Shown here in pieces: positions 1 to 13,932 of a stretch of DNA of 64,000 bases. The translations under genes were made by a program, and so were the position numbers. The notes under the pieces are model-generated. The model saw only the letters and a program-made list of their open reading frames with translations, was not told where the DNA came from and did no database searches. Position 1 is the stretch's first letter; each line of letters starts with the position of its first letter. Source of the stretch: Phoronis australis (Eukaryota > Animalia > Phoronida); contig NMRA01000533.1 in the NCBI GenBank assembly GCA_002633005.1, forward strand, positions 234,494 through 298,493. The letters run 5' to 3'.

Positions 1-59
1 ACTGTCATTGCATCTGAGATATCATATAGCTGAACAAACTTACCGCTGTGTGAGTACAT

Positions 60-1760
60 AGTTTCACAACGAAGCCAAGAAAGCCAGGAAACTGTGCGAA
101 AATAATGTCGAGAGTTCACTTCTTTAGACTTTCCAGGGATTGAAGGTCTTCTCGTCCGCACGGCCTTGGCTGCTACAAACCCTTGCAACAAAACACCTAG
201 CTACAGCACCAATTCAAGAGTCACTTTTGCATACCAAGGAGCTTGGACACGAAAAATTAAGAAATTTGTTCAAGACAGATTATCATTGATAAATATGATA
301 ATTCAGATATGTCAATTCATGCACCTATGCGCAAAAACAATGCCCCAACATTTGCCAACTTATATGATGTGGTGAAACAAACCAAAGATAAAAATAAGAA
401 AGTTGTTCTTCAGGCAGACAGGGATGTACTTCAGTGTCTAGCGACAGCTTATGAGGCGGGTCGGCCAGTTGATTTGCCGTCTTTGCTCAAACGCGAGCGT
501 CTTCCAGTCCATGTTGTCTTGCAGAAAAGAGTGGCACATTGCGCACTGGATGTAAATCTTCACTTGTCGAAGTATTAATAGCTATCATATCGACTGTCCT
601 GAAGCAATTACTGATAGCGAAGCATTGCTGGTAACTCTTGGGAAGCCTGATGGTGATGTGATCTTCAAATATCTGGCTGATTCATTCATGAAAACAGTGC
701 TAAACACAGGATTTTGATATCATAAAATTGATATTGTATTTGTCAGATGCAGACAAAAACCAACGAAGGACAAAACAAGAAAACAGCGCACTAAAGGAAC
801 ACGGCAAATCAGGTGATTTTTTGAAGGCTGTGATGTACCTCTTCCTCAAAACTGGTCATATTTTCGGACACTGGCTGAGAATAAAGCAGTCCTAGCACAT
901 TTCTTGTCAGAGAAACTGTGTTTGTAGACACCTAAAGATAAAGAGGTTATGGTTGCAGGAGGGTGCAAAGATAAGCTTGAAGTTAATTAAATCATCTAAA
1001 GATGACTGATTTGAGGACTCTGAAATCCACACATGAAGAAGCAGATGCAAGAGTGGTATTGCATCCTGTCCACAGTCAGTTTTTTTCCAGGGACACCCTA
1101 TGTTCTACAGCTTCTGGTATCGGACTTCCAACAAATGCAATGTGAGCATATCTGACAGATGCCATATATACCTATTGAAGCACATTTCAACAAACTACTA
1201 CAAGATTCAACAACATTCTTGTTTGCTCTTCATTCCGTGACCGGGTTTGGCACCGACTCGTACTTTGCAAATCACATGAAACAATCATCATGGAATGTGT
1301 TCCTAGACCATCACAGATTACTTAAGCACCTCTGCATTGGTGAGCTCAATGAGAAAATTACGATGGCTTCAGAAGTATTTGTCTGCAGAATATACAACAT
1401 GACCAGAACAGAACAGACGAAGCACGCCATTTACTATTCTCCAAGCCCGTGAACCCAGAAGTCCTTCCCCCAACGCATAATGCCCGCCGTTTCCATCTGA
1501 TGGGAGTGCACTATCAGGTCAAGGTATGGCAAAATGATCTTTGTTCCATACCTGAGCTCCCAGAACCCTGTGATATGGGAGGGCCACACACAAACTTATG
1601 CTTGCAGCCCATGCTGATGACACAGAGTACAATCTCAGACAGCTGCCTAGAGATGGTATTGTGTGCATGTGTGCATGCCAGAAACAACGCAACAGTTGAC
1701 AATGCAGTAGCAAGAAATCTGGATTTCGATGCATATCATTATGCACATGGCAACAACATA
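60..1760 (+). mobile_element. Decayed Academ (AcademX-like) DNA transposon ORF, C-terminal XPG/PIN-like nuclease and Cys-rich region
   Basis: Frameshifted fragments carry STHEEADARVVLH (~1026-1065), ALHSVTG (H2TH-like, usually HALTGCD), LPPTHNARRFHLMGVHYQVKVW and a terminal Cys cluster. There are many stops and frameshifts. Confidence 0.65.
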
Positions 1761-2228
1761 TTCATGATCAGATTCCTTGTATGCAAACTATTTGATTTGC
1801 CTGGCTTCAGGCATGTTAAAAAGTACCAAAAGTGTACGGTAAAACTAATCTAACAGGCCTGAAAACAATTCATGCAACAGAGAATCTAATGTCTTCAATA
1901 ACAATAACTAAATTGCTTTTCATGAATGTAAGATAACGGGATAGTGTAAACATTTGTCTTTACATTCCGTCAAAATAGTGACAATTTGCTTAACGAGCAT
2001 TGCAGGTTAACGACTATTTTTTCCACATTCTGTAAGTATACATCTATAACCCAATGATTGTGAAATAAATTGCTCCAAAAATGTCTTTAGCATGTTTGTT
2101 GACCATGAAAATATAAGTATAAACACCTCATTTTTCAAGTTAGACTGCAGGAACACAAACTTAAGACGCAAATTACATTGAATGGTAATGGCGACACCTA
2201 ATTTGCATAATTTGTTTTCAGAGATGCA

Positions 2229-2557
2229 TTTTTTTTTTTTTTAATTTTTTTATTTTCCCAGTTCAACATAAGTAAGGACAAAGGTCTGGGATTCCCTTGC
2301 CTTACTTTACAATTCAATGAAAATAAAGTTTACTAAGTTAAAAATATACGTGAACTGGATTTTGAAATAGATTTAACAAAAGAAAACAAAAACATACAAG
2401 ACAATATAGTAGTATATGGCTCTGAAAAAAGGAGGGGGGAGAGTATTTTGGAATGATAAAATATCCTTACATTGCTATCAGATTATGCATTTGTGACCAC
2501 CTGTTTGTAAATTTTTCCATTTGTAAATTTTTTGAATAAATATGTTTTTCACAGGAG
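2229..2557 (-). mobile_element. 3' end of an L1/Tx1-type LINE (ORF2 C-terminus, 3'UTR, poly-A)
   Basis: The minus strand reads CEKHIYSKNLQMEKFTNRWSQ, a typical ORF2 end. Poly-T at ~2229-2255 is the tail. It stops at the single N at 2558. Confidence 0.65.
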
Positions 2558-3523
2558 NATCCCTGCAGAGGAAATTTTTCATTATGCTTTCTTTGTAAAT
2601 ATGTAATTAAAATAAAATATAAAATAAATTACCACTTAGTAGTTGTTTCTGAATTGGAGAAAGTTCACTCTCAATCATGTTGAGCCACTTTCTTAAGTAG
2701 GTTATGAAATGTTTCGTAAACAGGCCGGGCAGGAATCTACGAGATTTCAAAATCATGTCGATTATTAATGTACAAAATTAACTTTAACAAAAGCAGCCGG
2801 TCTGATGATGGCGACCAATAGATATCCATAGTTAGAGCCACGCCACTCATATTTCCCATTATTCGATATCGAAGATAAACAGATATAGTGTGTTGAGTTG
2901 CTGAGTTCGGCACGTAGCTAGTAAATATCCTTCTTTCTCAAGAACTTATAACAGTACGATCTACCGATGACAGTATTTTATACAAGAATATAACTATCAT
3001 GCTGCAGAAGTCGTAGTTATTGATAGCGACTGTCACGGAAGTGGAAAAGATGATCAGGAATTCCAGCCTCAGGAATACAGGACCAAGTTCGATGTGGAGA
3101 CGGGAAATTTGCTGACTTCGATCGTTAAATCTTCGTACACGTATATCAACAGGCTTAGTCATACAATCTATGACCGCTGAACTAGCTGTTTGTTCGTCTC
3201 ACTGGTTCATGAGTCCTACAGGAGATAAGCAAAATGATATTCCGCACAAGTATCCAACTGCCTTGTTGTTTTTTTGCGAATAACTAAATTTTCAAGTCAT
3301 TAACGGATTTTAATTAACACTAAGCAAACTTTTATAAGTTGCCAGTTGATTATACCTGATATCTGATTAAGATAAATCCGGTTAGCAGATTCGTGCTGGC
3401 GGTGTGAATGTTAACACTACTGCGGAAGAGATCATGTTTTTCAGGACACCGCCCTAGTCACTTACGGGAGTGTACCCAAGGACTTTCTGCAGGTCCTCCG
3501 GCTTTAGCCTTTTTTTCTTCTCC

Positions 3524-4095
3524 TCAAACATCAAGATTCTGAAAAAATGATCTTTCGGAACCATCGAGTATGATAGCAGTGTCATCTGCATATTGAACTA
3601 GTTTAAATTCTTGAGCTCCAATCTGTATACCTTTTATATTTTTGTTTTTCCTAAAGAGATTTCCCATAATCTCAGCACATAGTAGAAAAAGATAGGGAGA
3701 TAAAGGATCTCCTTGTTTACAGCCTCTACCCATTTCAAAGAATTGAGAAGTTTTTCCATACTGAATTACACAAGCCATAGCTCCCTCATTGAGCAACGAT
3801 ACCCACTTTTTAATGTTTGGGCCAAAATTAAAAAAAGACAGGGTTTTTTGTAGAAATACCCAGGAAACTGAATCGAACGCCTTCTCAAAATCCACCAGGA
3901 CCAGTAATCCAGGGATATTCAATTGGTCAGTTGCACAGATAAGATCATAAATTAATCGAATATTTTCGCCAATAAATCTACGAACAATAAAACCTTTCTG
4001 GTTTTCGTGGATCAAGCAATTTAAGACAGACTTAACACGTTCAGCAATACATGCTGAAATTAATTTATAATTTATATTGAGCAATGAAATTGACA
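3524..4095 (-). mobile_element. L1/Tx1-type reverse transcriptase fragment
   Basis: ISLLNINYKL, NQKGF, VDFEKAFDSVSW, GCKQGDPLSPYLF and QYADD motifs. Confidence 0.95.
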
Positions 4096-7000
4096 ACGAA
4101 GGCGTCATATAACATGAGTCTTGTATAGTACGACATCACATAGAGTGTAATAGAATTATAGGTTCTACCATAGATACTCGTTATCTATAGTCTATCGTTC
4201 CACCGGTGAGTGATATGTGTCCAGTTGATTTTTTACAACAAAGGTTACCACTAAGTAGACTGGAAGAAAAACATAAACAATAGTGAGGGGGGGAGGGGGG
4301 GTTGCAAGAGTCATTCAAGAGTGTTGTTTNGTGGGAGGTAGGTTACATACGAGCTTCAAGCGGCAACACACAGCCGTGTGCACAATTTTTGTTGCTTCTG
4401 TCAACAACATGGTGTCTGCAACCAGATACGATTTTCTCTGCCTTGCTTTTTCCAAAAAGACATCTGAGTTATTGAACACATTCCTACGAGTGAACTTAAT
4501 AATCTGTGCACGTTTTCACTGCATGCGGGCAAAATTAAATCAATTATTTCCACCTAATAATATGTAGAAGATTTAGCATAGGTTGTGTAACGACAGTTAA
4601 TAAACATGATCATTTCTACTTTATCAAAGTCTCCAATCGGACAATATCCTATCGCTCAAGGAAAACTGAAGTCAGCAGTTTAAAAAGTTGTGATTCGTTT
4701 GAATTTGATGTTAATGCGTATAAGCTGTCTAGATCACAATCACTGTGTTTGGATTGAAGTAGAAAAGAAAGCGTCAAAATCAGTTTCAAGTTCAATTTCG
4801 AGTACAAAGATTGGACCCCGGCCCCACATGTGCCTAAACAAGCTCGTTACGTTTACACCTTTGTACTCACATCAGTTATAATCTAGTTTGGAAGTAGAGT
4901 TAACCATTCAACTTATTATCAAAACCGTTGGTAACTATTTTCCTAATTATCATGTCTGCTCTCCACCTTTTTCATACAAATACAATTCAAACAATCGTTT
5001 CCTACAGCCACAGATCCGCATTAGTGAGTTAAAATCTTTGTTAAGCTCACCTTCCGACCGTCTTAGAGGCATCAAGGGCTTGAACACATATAAACATTGC
5101 AAATTTTTTAGGTTGAAAAAAGTTTGAAATATTTGCTGTCTTGCGTGCAATTATAATTTCGATTGCATAGATTTAAATATATGCAATCTGGATTAGTATT
5201 GAAATAATAATGAAAGTACGCATAATTCATGTCGCTCCACATCTACTAGTCATCTAATCATGTCTTCAATCAACTCGTTTTCACTTCAGAGACATCTCAG
5301 ATTTGAAGACATTTTAAAATTTTTAAGTTGATCATGTTTTCCTCTATTTAATGTTTGAGAGTAATTCTAATTCATATTGCATATATTAATTATCATAATC
5401 CATGCAACTCCACATATCTAGTCAATTAATGATCTTCTCCACCAACTCGTTTGCACCTTATGCTCAATGTACTTGAAGGCAAAAACAATGTCAATGGAAG
5501 TACCTAGAGAAAGCATTAATGCAGCCTGTTCAAGCTATCTGAGGAGGTGAAAAGAAGGCTATGTAGACCAATCTCATGTGAAAGCGGATTTTGTTTGATT
5601 GGAGGAAACGCAGTCCAAAAGAGGAACTCAACTCTGTTCTTAAGCTTTTCACCACATTTTGGCCTTATGGAAGCACTGATAGTTCTTTGTAATGATGTTT
5701 TAACTTCATTACGAAGTCAGCTTTGATACACACTGTGAGTGAATTCCACGTTGAATTCCCAACATTATTGAAAATATGTAGGAACCTTTTCATGCAACTC
5801 CCCTAATTAAAAGTCTCCAAGTTCCTACTTATTTTCAGTAAAATACGGGCTCTGTTCTTAAATGTTACTAGTCAATGAGGAGCTCATGATGAAGATAAGT
5901 TGAGAAAAAAACATAACATTTTTGAGTTAAGAAAGGCGCAAACGCACCGACGAACCGACCAATGTTCCCTAAGAGTCTGCTCATGACATGTGGTGTATCA
6001 AACTGCCACATATCTTATGTCTCGAATCCTTTCACAATTATGATGTTTGAGTTTTTGGTGTGAAAGAGCCAGTTTTGAAGTAAGAGTCCTTATATCAGAG
6101 TCATTTATAAAAACTACCCTCGCTTTGGTTCAGTTTTCTGGGATGAAACATAGGCCTCATAAAGAAAAGACACAATAAGAAAAGGCTTGGTTCTCGCCTC
6201 CTATAACATCTTAAGGAAAACCTTGTCATACCAAGGGGCCTTCCAAGACATAAGAGGTCACGTGAATAGAACAGAGAGCGATTCTTTTGCTAGGTAGTTA
6301 GGTCTCTAAGGTAGGACAAATTTCTTTTCTTGATAAAATTGTCAAGCGAAGCCACATCTCATGGGAACTACTACCCTGACCATGTAACACGAAGTTAACG
6401 AGCAGAGGATGACAGTTCATCAAACCGGAAAAAAACGAAACAATCTAACAGGTGTAGGAATCCGTGGAAAGTAGCATCCCTCTACGGCAAGTGTAAACAG
6501 TGTAGACACTTCCGATAGTCGAAATAGAGTGCTACCTAGCCGAACGGAAATCGGAATACGTTCACCTGCTTTACATGTATTTCTATCGAGACATCGATTC
6601 GATTTTTAGGCACGACAGGTCGTTCTGGAACATCTGTCTATTCATCCGACAGCCTTTACGGCTTCGTTACTACGCAACTAATCAAAATGCGTAGAGTTGT
6701 TAAAACCATACAACAGTAGTGCGGGTGACCTGTTCTTCGTCTAAAATATAATTAACGACATTTTAATTTCAATACCCAACTAACAAAGCACTGAGTTTCC
6801 CACATAGTTTGTTGTTCTATTCAGCTTGCTTTCTTTGTAAACAAACATTAATGACACGGAGGTAAATTAGCTGTATAGGTCATCGTGGACTGTTTTATTC
6901 AGCTTAGTTCGCCTGTTTGTTCAATCAGAATTTTTTGTGCATGACACAGATATTAGCTCGCTCTATAAAGGTACATAAATGTCTCATAAGGTCTCACGCC

Positions 7001-7139
7001 GAGATATTTTCGCAGTAAGTCACATCACAGTGTATATATATAGGAACTGAATAAGAGCGTTCTAAATTACATCTGTGATCAATGTTCTCAAATGGATTTA
7101 AGTTGAGCCCAGTGGTATGAATAGTAAGAGCATAGTTAA

Positions 7140-7925
7140 ATAACTTGAGATGTTTTTATTAACAAAATTACGTTTTTCTAAATTACTAAAATACCTTGTT
7201 GGTTTTTCACCATTTTCTATCCACTGAGCNTTTCTAAATTACTAAAATACCTTGTTGGTTTTTCACCATTGTCTATCCACTGAGCACGAGATCTCAATAT
7301 TATACCGTCGATGTATTCCTTCCTAATTTCTTCATACTCGGCCTGAAGAATTTCTAGCCAATCACTAAAAAATTGAGAATCAGTATTCTGAACGAACTGG
7401 GGGACAGTATTTATTAGTCTTTCTAAACGTAGTTTTCTATTTTTCTTTTCTTTATTTTTGAAAGCACTATATGACAGAGTGAAGGATTTAATGTTTAGTA
7501 AGAACATGTTGAACAGTAAAGCTTCGTCAATATCAGAAGCGTATACACTTTTGGTGTCTTGGATAATGATTTTTACTTGCTCCACATACTTTTTGTCCCG
7601 GAGTAGAGAAATATTAAATTTCCATAAGCCTCTACCACGTTCAAAAGAGTGCAATTTTATCTTCAACCGAATGGCTGAATGGTCAGTTCTGTAGCCCGGG
7701 ATTATCTCCACTGTGTTTAACAAAGATAATAACTCGTCGGAAATTAGAAAAAAGTCAAGGCGAGATTTCTTAACTGGGTTTTTCCTACTCTATGTAAAAG
7801 AGGAACGGTCTGGATTGTAAACTCTCCAAGGGTCAACTAAATTAAACGTTTGCTTTAAATTTAAAACTGCTTTTCTAGCCTGAGGATTGTTCAGATTGAA
7901 ATAACCAAAACAGTCCCGGTCATAA
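7140..7925 (-). mobile_element. L1/Tx1 ORF2 fragment: end of APE endonuclease and linker
   Basis: SRLDFFLISD, GYRTDHS, GLWKFNISLL and RSRAQWIDNGEKPTRYF motifs. Confidence 0.9.
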
Positions 7926-7959
7926 TCTGTTCGGAAGTGTTATCCGAAGTATTAAACGC

Positions 7960-8360
7960 AATAAGATTCACTGCGTCATAAAGTATAAATTCGAGCTTTT
8001 TAATACAAGGTTGAGACCCATCTCTCGTCGATGTATAAATATAATGTTGAGCGCGGGTGTATATGGTATTGAAGATTTCGCTTAGATTGACAATGAAGCG
8101 TACATTGATGGTTCAGCGTGTAAGTTAAAAACTTTACTTATGAAATGATGTAAAGAATTCCAGAAACGTTTAGCACAGAAGCAGCTGTAAAACATATTAT
8201 GGAAAGTCTCGCCACAGTAGGGACATTGATCAGTTTGTGAAATACCAAATATTTTTAACATCTTGTTTTTACAAATTCTTTTGTGGATGAAAACGTATTT
8301 AAACATTGTCAAATGAGGGTTTAAGGGTAGACTGAAAGGGAGACTAATAGTATATATTTC
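7960..8360 (-). mobile_element. L1/Tx1 ORF2 C-terminal zinc-binding fragment
   Basis: FKYVFIHKRICKN...CPYCGETFHNMFYSC...FW, a CCHC-type C-terminal motif. Confidence 0.8.
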
Positions 8361-9994
8361 TTTAAAAGGGGACTGTAGTCAAAATAATGTTGCAGTTAAT
8401 CGGTTCCAGCCTACAAATAAAACTCACATTTGCCTGACTTGCGCGCCAAACAAAAGCCGATTAGTATTTATGGTCAAAACGCTGAATCCTGAAATCGATC
8501 GCTGATTGGCTGATGTGTCAGTGACGTGACCGGCGGGGTTTCGGCTGCTTTTCGTATTCATTTCCTATGCAATATTGTGAAGAGTTTATCTTTGTATCAG
8601 TGAAGATATCAGCTAGTTTGGTCAGAAAACAGGTAGTATCAAGCTGTAACCAGATGGCGGTTGCCCAGTATAAGTTGAACTAGAGAAACAACGAGAAGTT
8701 ACCTTCACAGAAAAATTGTTTAGAGCCAACTTGACTTGGCTGTGCAATAGTTTACCCTGTTCTTCTAATCAAGTGCATCCCTTCATGTTTCAGTACCAGT
8801 TGTGAAATGTTGCTAAGGTGAAAATGATTATCAACAATTTGTTATTGCTGTGTAGTTCAACTACACACTTACCTTCAGGGGTACAGTACAACTTACATTG
8901 GCAACATTAACACATGTGCTGTTTGGGGAAGGATGCACTTGTCTTCTGTTTCAATTTGCTCTAGGGTAACTTGCTGTCTGGGTATGGCTTGTCAGATTTG
9001 CTAAGAGTAACCACAATCCTGCCGTGTATCAGTAACTAGTGCTATTTATTACTTAAGATTTAGTTAAGTTAGGATAAGTCACTAACACAATTTCTCCAGG
9101 TTTTTGTAACTGAACCTAATTGACCTTCTGGTGAACTCTTTAAACGTTGCAAAATACTTGTTGTTGATTGACCTGGCAGTGATTTCACATTGAGAATTAA
9201 ATATCTCTCATTACATTTATGAATTGACTCACACTTGGTTTACCATTGTATAACAATATCTCATCCTGCGGGCATTCATGAAACTGAGATTAAATTTGTG
9301 GTAAGCTTATAAATACCTGGACACAAATTTTACCTTTATCATAAGTACTAGTTAAGATTTTTAAGTAAGACATATTAAGTACTAATAGCTGTAGTGCATA
9401 TTAGATAAGAATGCTTATGATAATATGATAACCACAGTTTCGATTTGAGGTGCCATAGGTTGAATTCACACCAAAAATGTAAAAAATTACTCTGTTTGCT
9501 TGTCACTCTTCATCTGGTGCATTAATTTAATTTGCCTTGGTAAGTAATTTGTAATTGAGTTATCCATGTAATAAATCTAGTTTAGCTAAAATAATCCAAT
9601 CATTTGGCTTGCCATGAATCTTTGGTAGCACACAGTCACCGATTGCCATGAGGTAATGGAGGTATTGAGATGTATTGCAATTTGTTGAAAGCAAATAATT
9701 TACAGAACTTGAGATTGTGCTTCCATGGTCATTAAAAGTCTCATTCGTCTAAAATTGGGCTATATGACAAAAAATTTTAAACTTCATTTTAATATCTTTC
9801 ATCTTTCATTACTGTTACTCGTAGTCAGTTAATTGAAACAACCTTGATTAGATGTCACATTTTAGGCTCATTCATTGGCTGAAAGAGTTGAGGGAGGCAC
9901 AGCATAGAGAAGCTCCGCCTGAAATGTGTTGTATAAAGGAACGAGCGCCATTACCGCCATGTCCAGTGATGGTGACTGTTGCAACGCAGACACN

Positions 9995-10741
9995 GCAGCT
10001 AGAATGTTGTTTCGGTCAGTCATCATCACAAATTTAACAACAATTGCTCTAGGAGCATCGGGCTTTCTGGATTGCTGAGGTTTCGGCAATCTGTGGCAGT
10101 TAGAAAACATGAGCGAGTTAACATAACTGTGCTGAAGTAGAAGTTTTTTTTCTATGAAGCCTTTGACTACCTGTTCAACATTTTCAACATTTTTACCGGT
10201 TGTGTCACGAATGGGTTCATTTATACCGTAGAACAGGAGATTATATCTTCTAGACCTCCATTCATCATGAGCTAAACGCTTTTGCAGAATGTCAACTTGG
10301 TCAAGCCTACGGAGGTTTGCCTCTTGAATTTTATTTTCCACTGCGTCTAGTCTGTTAAAAATAAATTCTTGTGTTGTTTCTAAATCCAACATTCTGTCCT
10401 CCACCTTAGAAAATCTATCAGAGAAGACTGTTTCCAAGCGAGTAGTTGACTCAATGATTAGGAACTTCAATTCGGACAAGGTTATCGTTCCGTCAGAGTC
10501 TGAGCTGAGTTCTACCGGCGTGGAAACTGTCATGTCGGCCTCACAGTCACTGGCGATAGCAACATTTCCAGAGCTTTTGCTAGTAGAAGCGCTTTCGTCC
10601 GGATTCGTTTCTTCTTGTATTGCGCTTTGAGAGCGAAGTGCTTTTCGTTGATTTCTACCCGGCATAGTTATCAAAAATATTGGCAAAATTCCCAAGAAGA
10701 CCAATTAGAACGCCTTCATTGGCCGAGACCGGAACCGGAAG
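9995..10741 (-). mobile_element. 5' end and ORF1 (coiled coil + RRM, L1-type) of a LINE; ATG at 10665, truncated at N 9994
   Basis: Coiled coil, then SRRYNLLFYGINE...CHRL...PRAIVVKF. A near-identical copy lies at 63363-64000. Confidence 0.85.
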
Positions 10742-10935
10742 TTCACGTCCGTCGTGTTTTAGTAGGGCTGGCGTTTCACCGATTACACGCTGGGAGGCGC
10801 TTTCGTTATTGATTTCTCGCCTTCAACTTGCTCCTTAAATCCCTCCTGTCCCACCAGCCCCACATTTATTTTTGGATTCACAAGGGAAGTTTCTGGGCTA
10901 ACCCCAACCACCTCTACCGCCCGGACGGAGTCCAC
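10742..10935 (+). pseudogene. SGNH/GDSL-hydrolase-like fragment of the type carried by retroelements (e.g. DIRS/Ngaro)
   Basis: FNLLLKSLLSHQPHIYFWIHKGSFW...LYRPDGVH ends in a DGVH catalytic-type motif and has one in-frame stop. It is cut by the N at 10936. Confidence 0.45.
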
Positions 10936-11019
10936 NGGCATAGTTATCAAAAATATTGGCAAAATTCCCAAGAAGACCAATTAGAACGCCTTCATTGGCC
11001 GAGACCGGAACCTCTTGGC

Positions 11020-12490
11020 ATGGAATCTGTTTGTTCTGTGTTGGTGACATTCCAGACTGCTGGAATTTCTAAGAACCTGAATTTCTTTCTTCATTGGTTT
11101 TGGATTGGCGTTACCTGATCTGTCAATATTTGGAAGTGGGATGTTGAATTTTCTGGCTTTTATGATGGCATTCAGTGCTTAGTCTACCAACATATGCCCC
11201 CTCAGTGCTCTATCCACACTTTTTCCATTTAAAATAAGGATCACACTGTTTGATGCATGCACCGTCAAAAGAAATTCTTGGGGTCCTGTGCCTGACACTA
11301 CGTATCCAATAGATCCCAGAAAGCTCATCTCAGTATATCTACCAAGCCTGGCTAAGAACAAGTGACTTCAGATCACTGTCGTTTTGTTTGCTGGCACTAA
11401 TTTTTTCTAGAATCAGTTACCTATGTTCATAAAAATCATGCATATTAAACAAATTGTGCGTCCTAACTATTAAAATTTAATTAATAACTTTTTGTTACAC
11501 AATCCTATTTGCTTTTCATCAAATTCAGGTGAAATCAGCAGCCAAATTCTCAATACATGCCAGCAGCAGACGAAATGGATGCTTGGGAACAACTCATAAT
11601 ACCTCCAATAGCAGAGAAAAAAGCCACTTCCAGCCCAATTTTATTAAGGGTTTGTGTAATGAATAAGCCAATAACTCCACCAGAATAACATATTTTTCTA
11701 ACAAATATTATTTTTGATACCTCAAATGAATATATTTTACAGAAAAATAATTGAGTTTGTGAAATTTATAATGAAAATTTAACTAAAGCCTTTTCTGAAA
11801 AACACACCAACTTTTATGTTATATAATCTAAAATGTGATTAAAATTCCACATTTAGTATCTAAATCTTAAAAACAAATTATAGAAACAATCCACTCATTA
11901 ACCCTGACTGCAGATTGTAAAATGTTTTTGTGTAAATGCGTATCAAGTTACAAACAAAGTTTGCAGAGCGTAATTGCGGTAAATTGGGGTTTGTGAATTG
12001 GCAGCCATTTTGGCGGCCATTTTGTCAGCCATCTTGATTTTTTTCGCAAACCAGTGACCAACTGTAAGGTCCAGATATTTTCAATTGTCTAAGATACAAA
12101 AGAATTAAACTTTTGCCATTTTCATGGCAAAATATAAAAAGAAATGTTGCAACATGTACCAAATTGCCGTTTCGGCCGCCATTTTGTCGGCCATATTGGT
12201 TTTATTTTATGGAAAATTGGCATCTTTTGATTGGTATGCCTGTTATGAAAAGTATATAATCAATGACAAACTTAATTGTTTTATTTTTAGCTGTTACATA
12301 AGAGTAATATGCCAGAAAACAGTAAACGTCAGTTTTGTCGGCCATTTTTTCCGCCATCTTGAAAAAGCGACTTCCGCCACTCCGATTTCGGTAGATTTTT
12401 TTTCTGACACCAAGGGATGATTGAAGATGCAATTTATGCAAAAAAACCTTCTGTTGCAATTTTTTCTAGGTTGGGCCCTCTGGAGCCCTA
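11020..12490 (-). mobile_element. Academ-like transposon relic: terminus at 12490 plus transposase fragment (11179-11361)
   Basis: RLGRYTEMSFLGSIGYVVSGTG...NGKSVDRALRGHMLVD resembles the Academ transposase core. The end reads TAGGGCTCCAGAGGGCCCAACC on the minus strand. GGCGGCCATTTT/GCCATCTT subterminal repeats lie at ~12000-12360. Confidence 0.6.
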
Positions 12491-13932
12491 GAATGACTGT
12501 GACACGTAACTGGCTCGCAATGTAAAGCTACAGCGAAAACGAAGAGGTAAAAGAAACACGTCTGAACGTCATCAGAATCCACACTCTAATGACTCGTCAT
12601 ATGTGCGCTCTCATCTCATGTAATCTCGAAGTGAAGTTAGCAGTGAGTTAGCATTCCTAAGAATCCCAAGTACCTCCCATTTCTGTTTGATCGATAAGAC
12701 GTTGTGCTACATGTATAGTCAGTGATGACGTATGCTTCAATGGCAGTGAGTTTGCGCACAAACTGAGCAGACATCTGATCAGCCAAATAGGTCCAACCCT
12801 CCCACTTCCCATATTGAAAAATAAGGAAAACGTTTACATGCGCATTCATAGTATTTAAGCAATTATAATCTGTCTGCAACTTGCCGTGTCGGACAGTTTT
12901 CGGAGATGACATGACAATAAACAATAGCGAACTTGCAATCCAGTCGGCATAGCGATTACGCATTAGTCAGCGCAAAGCCTACTAAGATTGATAGGCGTAA
13001 CAATCATGACTGATTGACGTGGAAAGTATATAGAACGTTTCAACCGTTTTACTGTTACCACAGCATTTTTAGAAATACAAACGTAGCAAAGCGCACATCC
13101 CCAAAAATACAAGAGAAAAGTTTCTGTGCTTATCTGTAGGGCTTGTCATGTGAAATGATTCAAAAATTTTCGTTCTTTGCGAGCAATTTTTGACAGAGTG
13201 AAATGGGTCGGCGAGTTCGTTGACTTGTACGCTGTCGGGCAAACACATGCGAGAACTGTTCTGTGCCCCCTATTGAGCAAGTTTTGAATAAAATTCGTTG
13301 ATTTTCAAGTCGCGAAATACTGGGCTGGACAGTAAAAATAATGGACGCGATGATTGGTTTGTTCAACTCACTATCATAACAGTAACACTGTTTGGTTCGT
13401 TTAAGGACATCGACACGTGTTTGAAAACTGGCCAATAGCGTCATTGACATGTCACCGTGTCAGAAATTATTCGTTTCGTGTCCGAAGGTGACGCGTCCCA
13501 TAAGGTTGCAAGCTCTCGGATCAAATGAACTCGAGTCTGGAGAAGCAAATATGAGTATCAGTGGACCTTTGGTAAAGACAAGAGTGAGAAATCCTCTGTC
13601 CTCTACTGGGTGTAAGTCTTTTCAAGCATTCCGTGAGTGAGAGTCTCACTTTTGAAAAGTACGGCACGCTGCTTGGCAGTCATGTCTTATTGAACCAACT
13701 CGCGAATGAGTCATTAGACGGTCTAGGCACTCGCCATTGACTGACGGGTTATTGAGTGAACGCAGACGTCAGCTAGCAGTATAGTTACTGCAAAAGTTGC
13801 CTGCGAAGTGAGAGCTCGGTAACATTGGCAATCACACACTTAAGTTATATTACATTAGCTGGTAATTCGAGCTTGCTTTTGTCATATGCACAAGAATAGG
13901 GTGAACATTTGGGAGCCCAAACATTGGGATGN

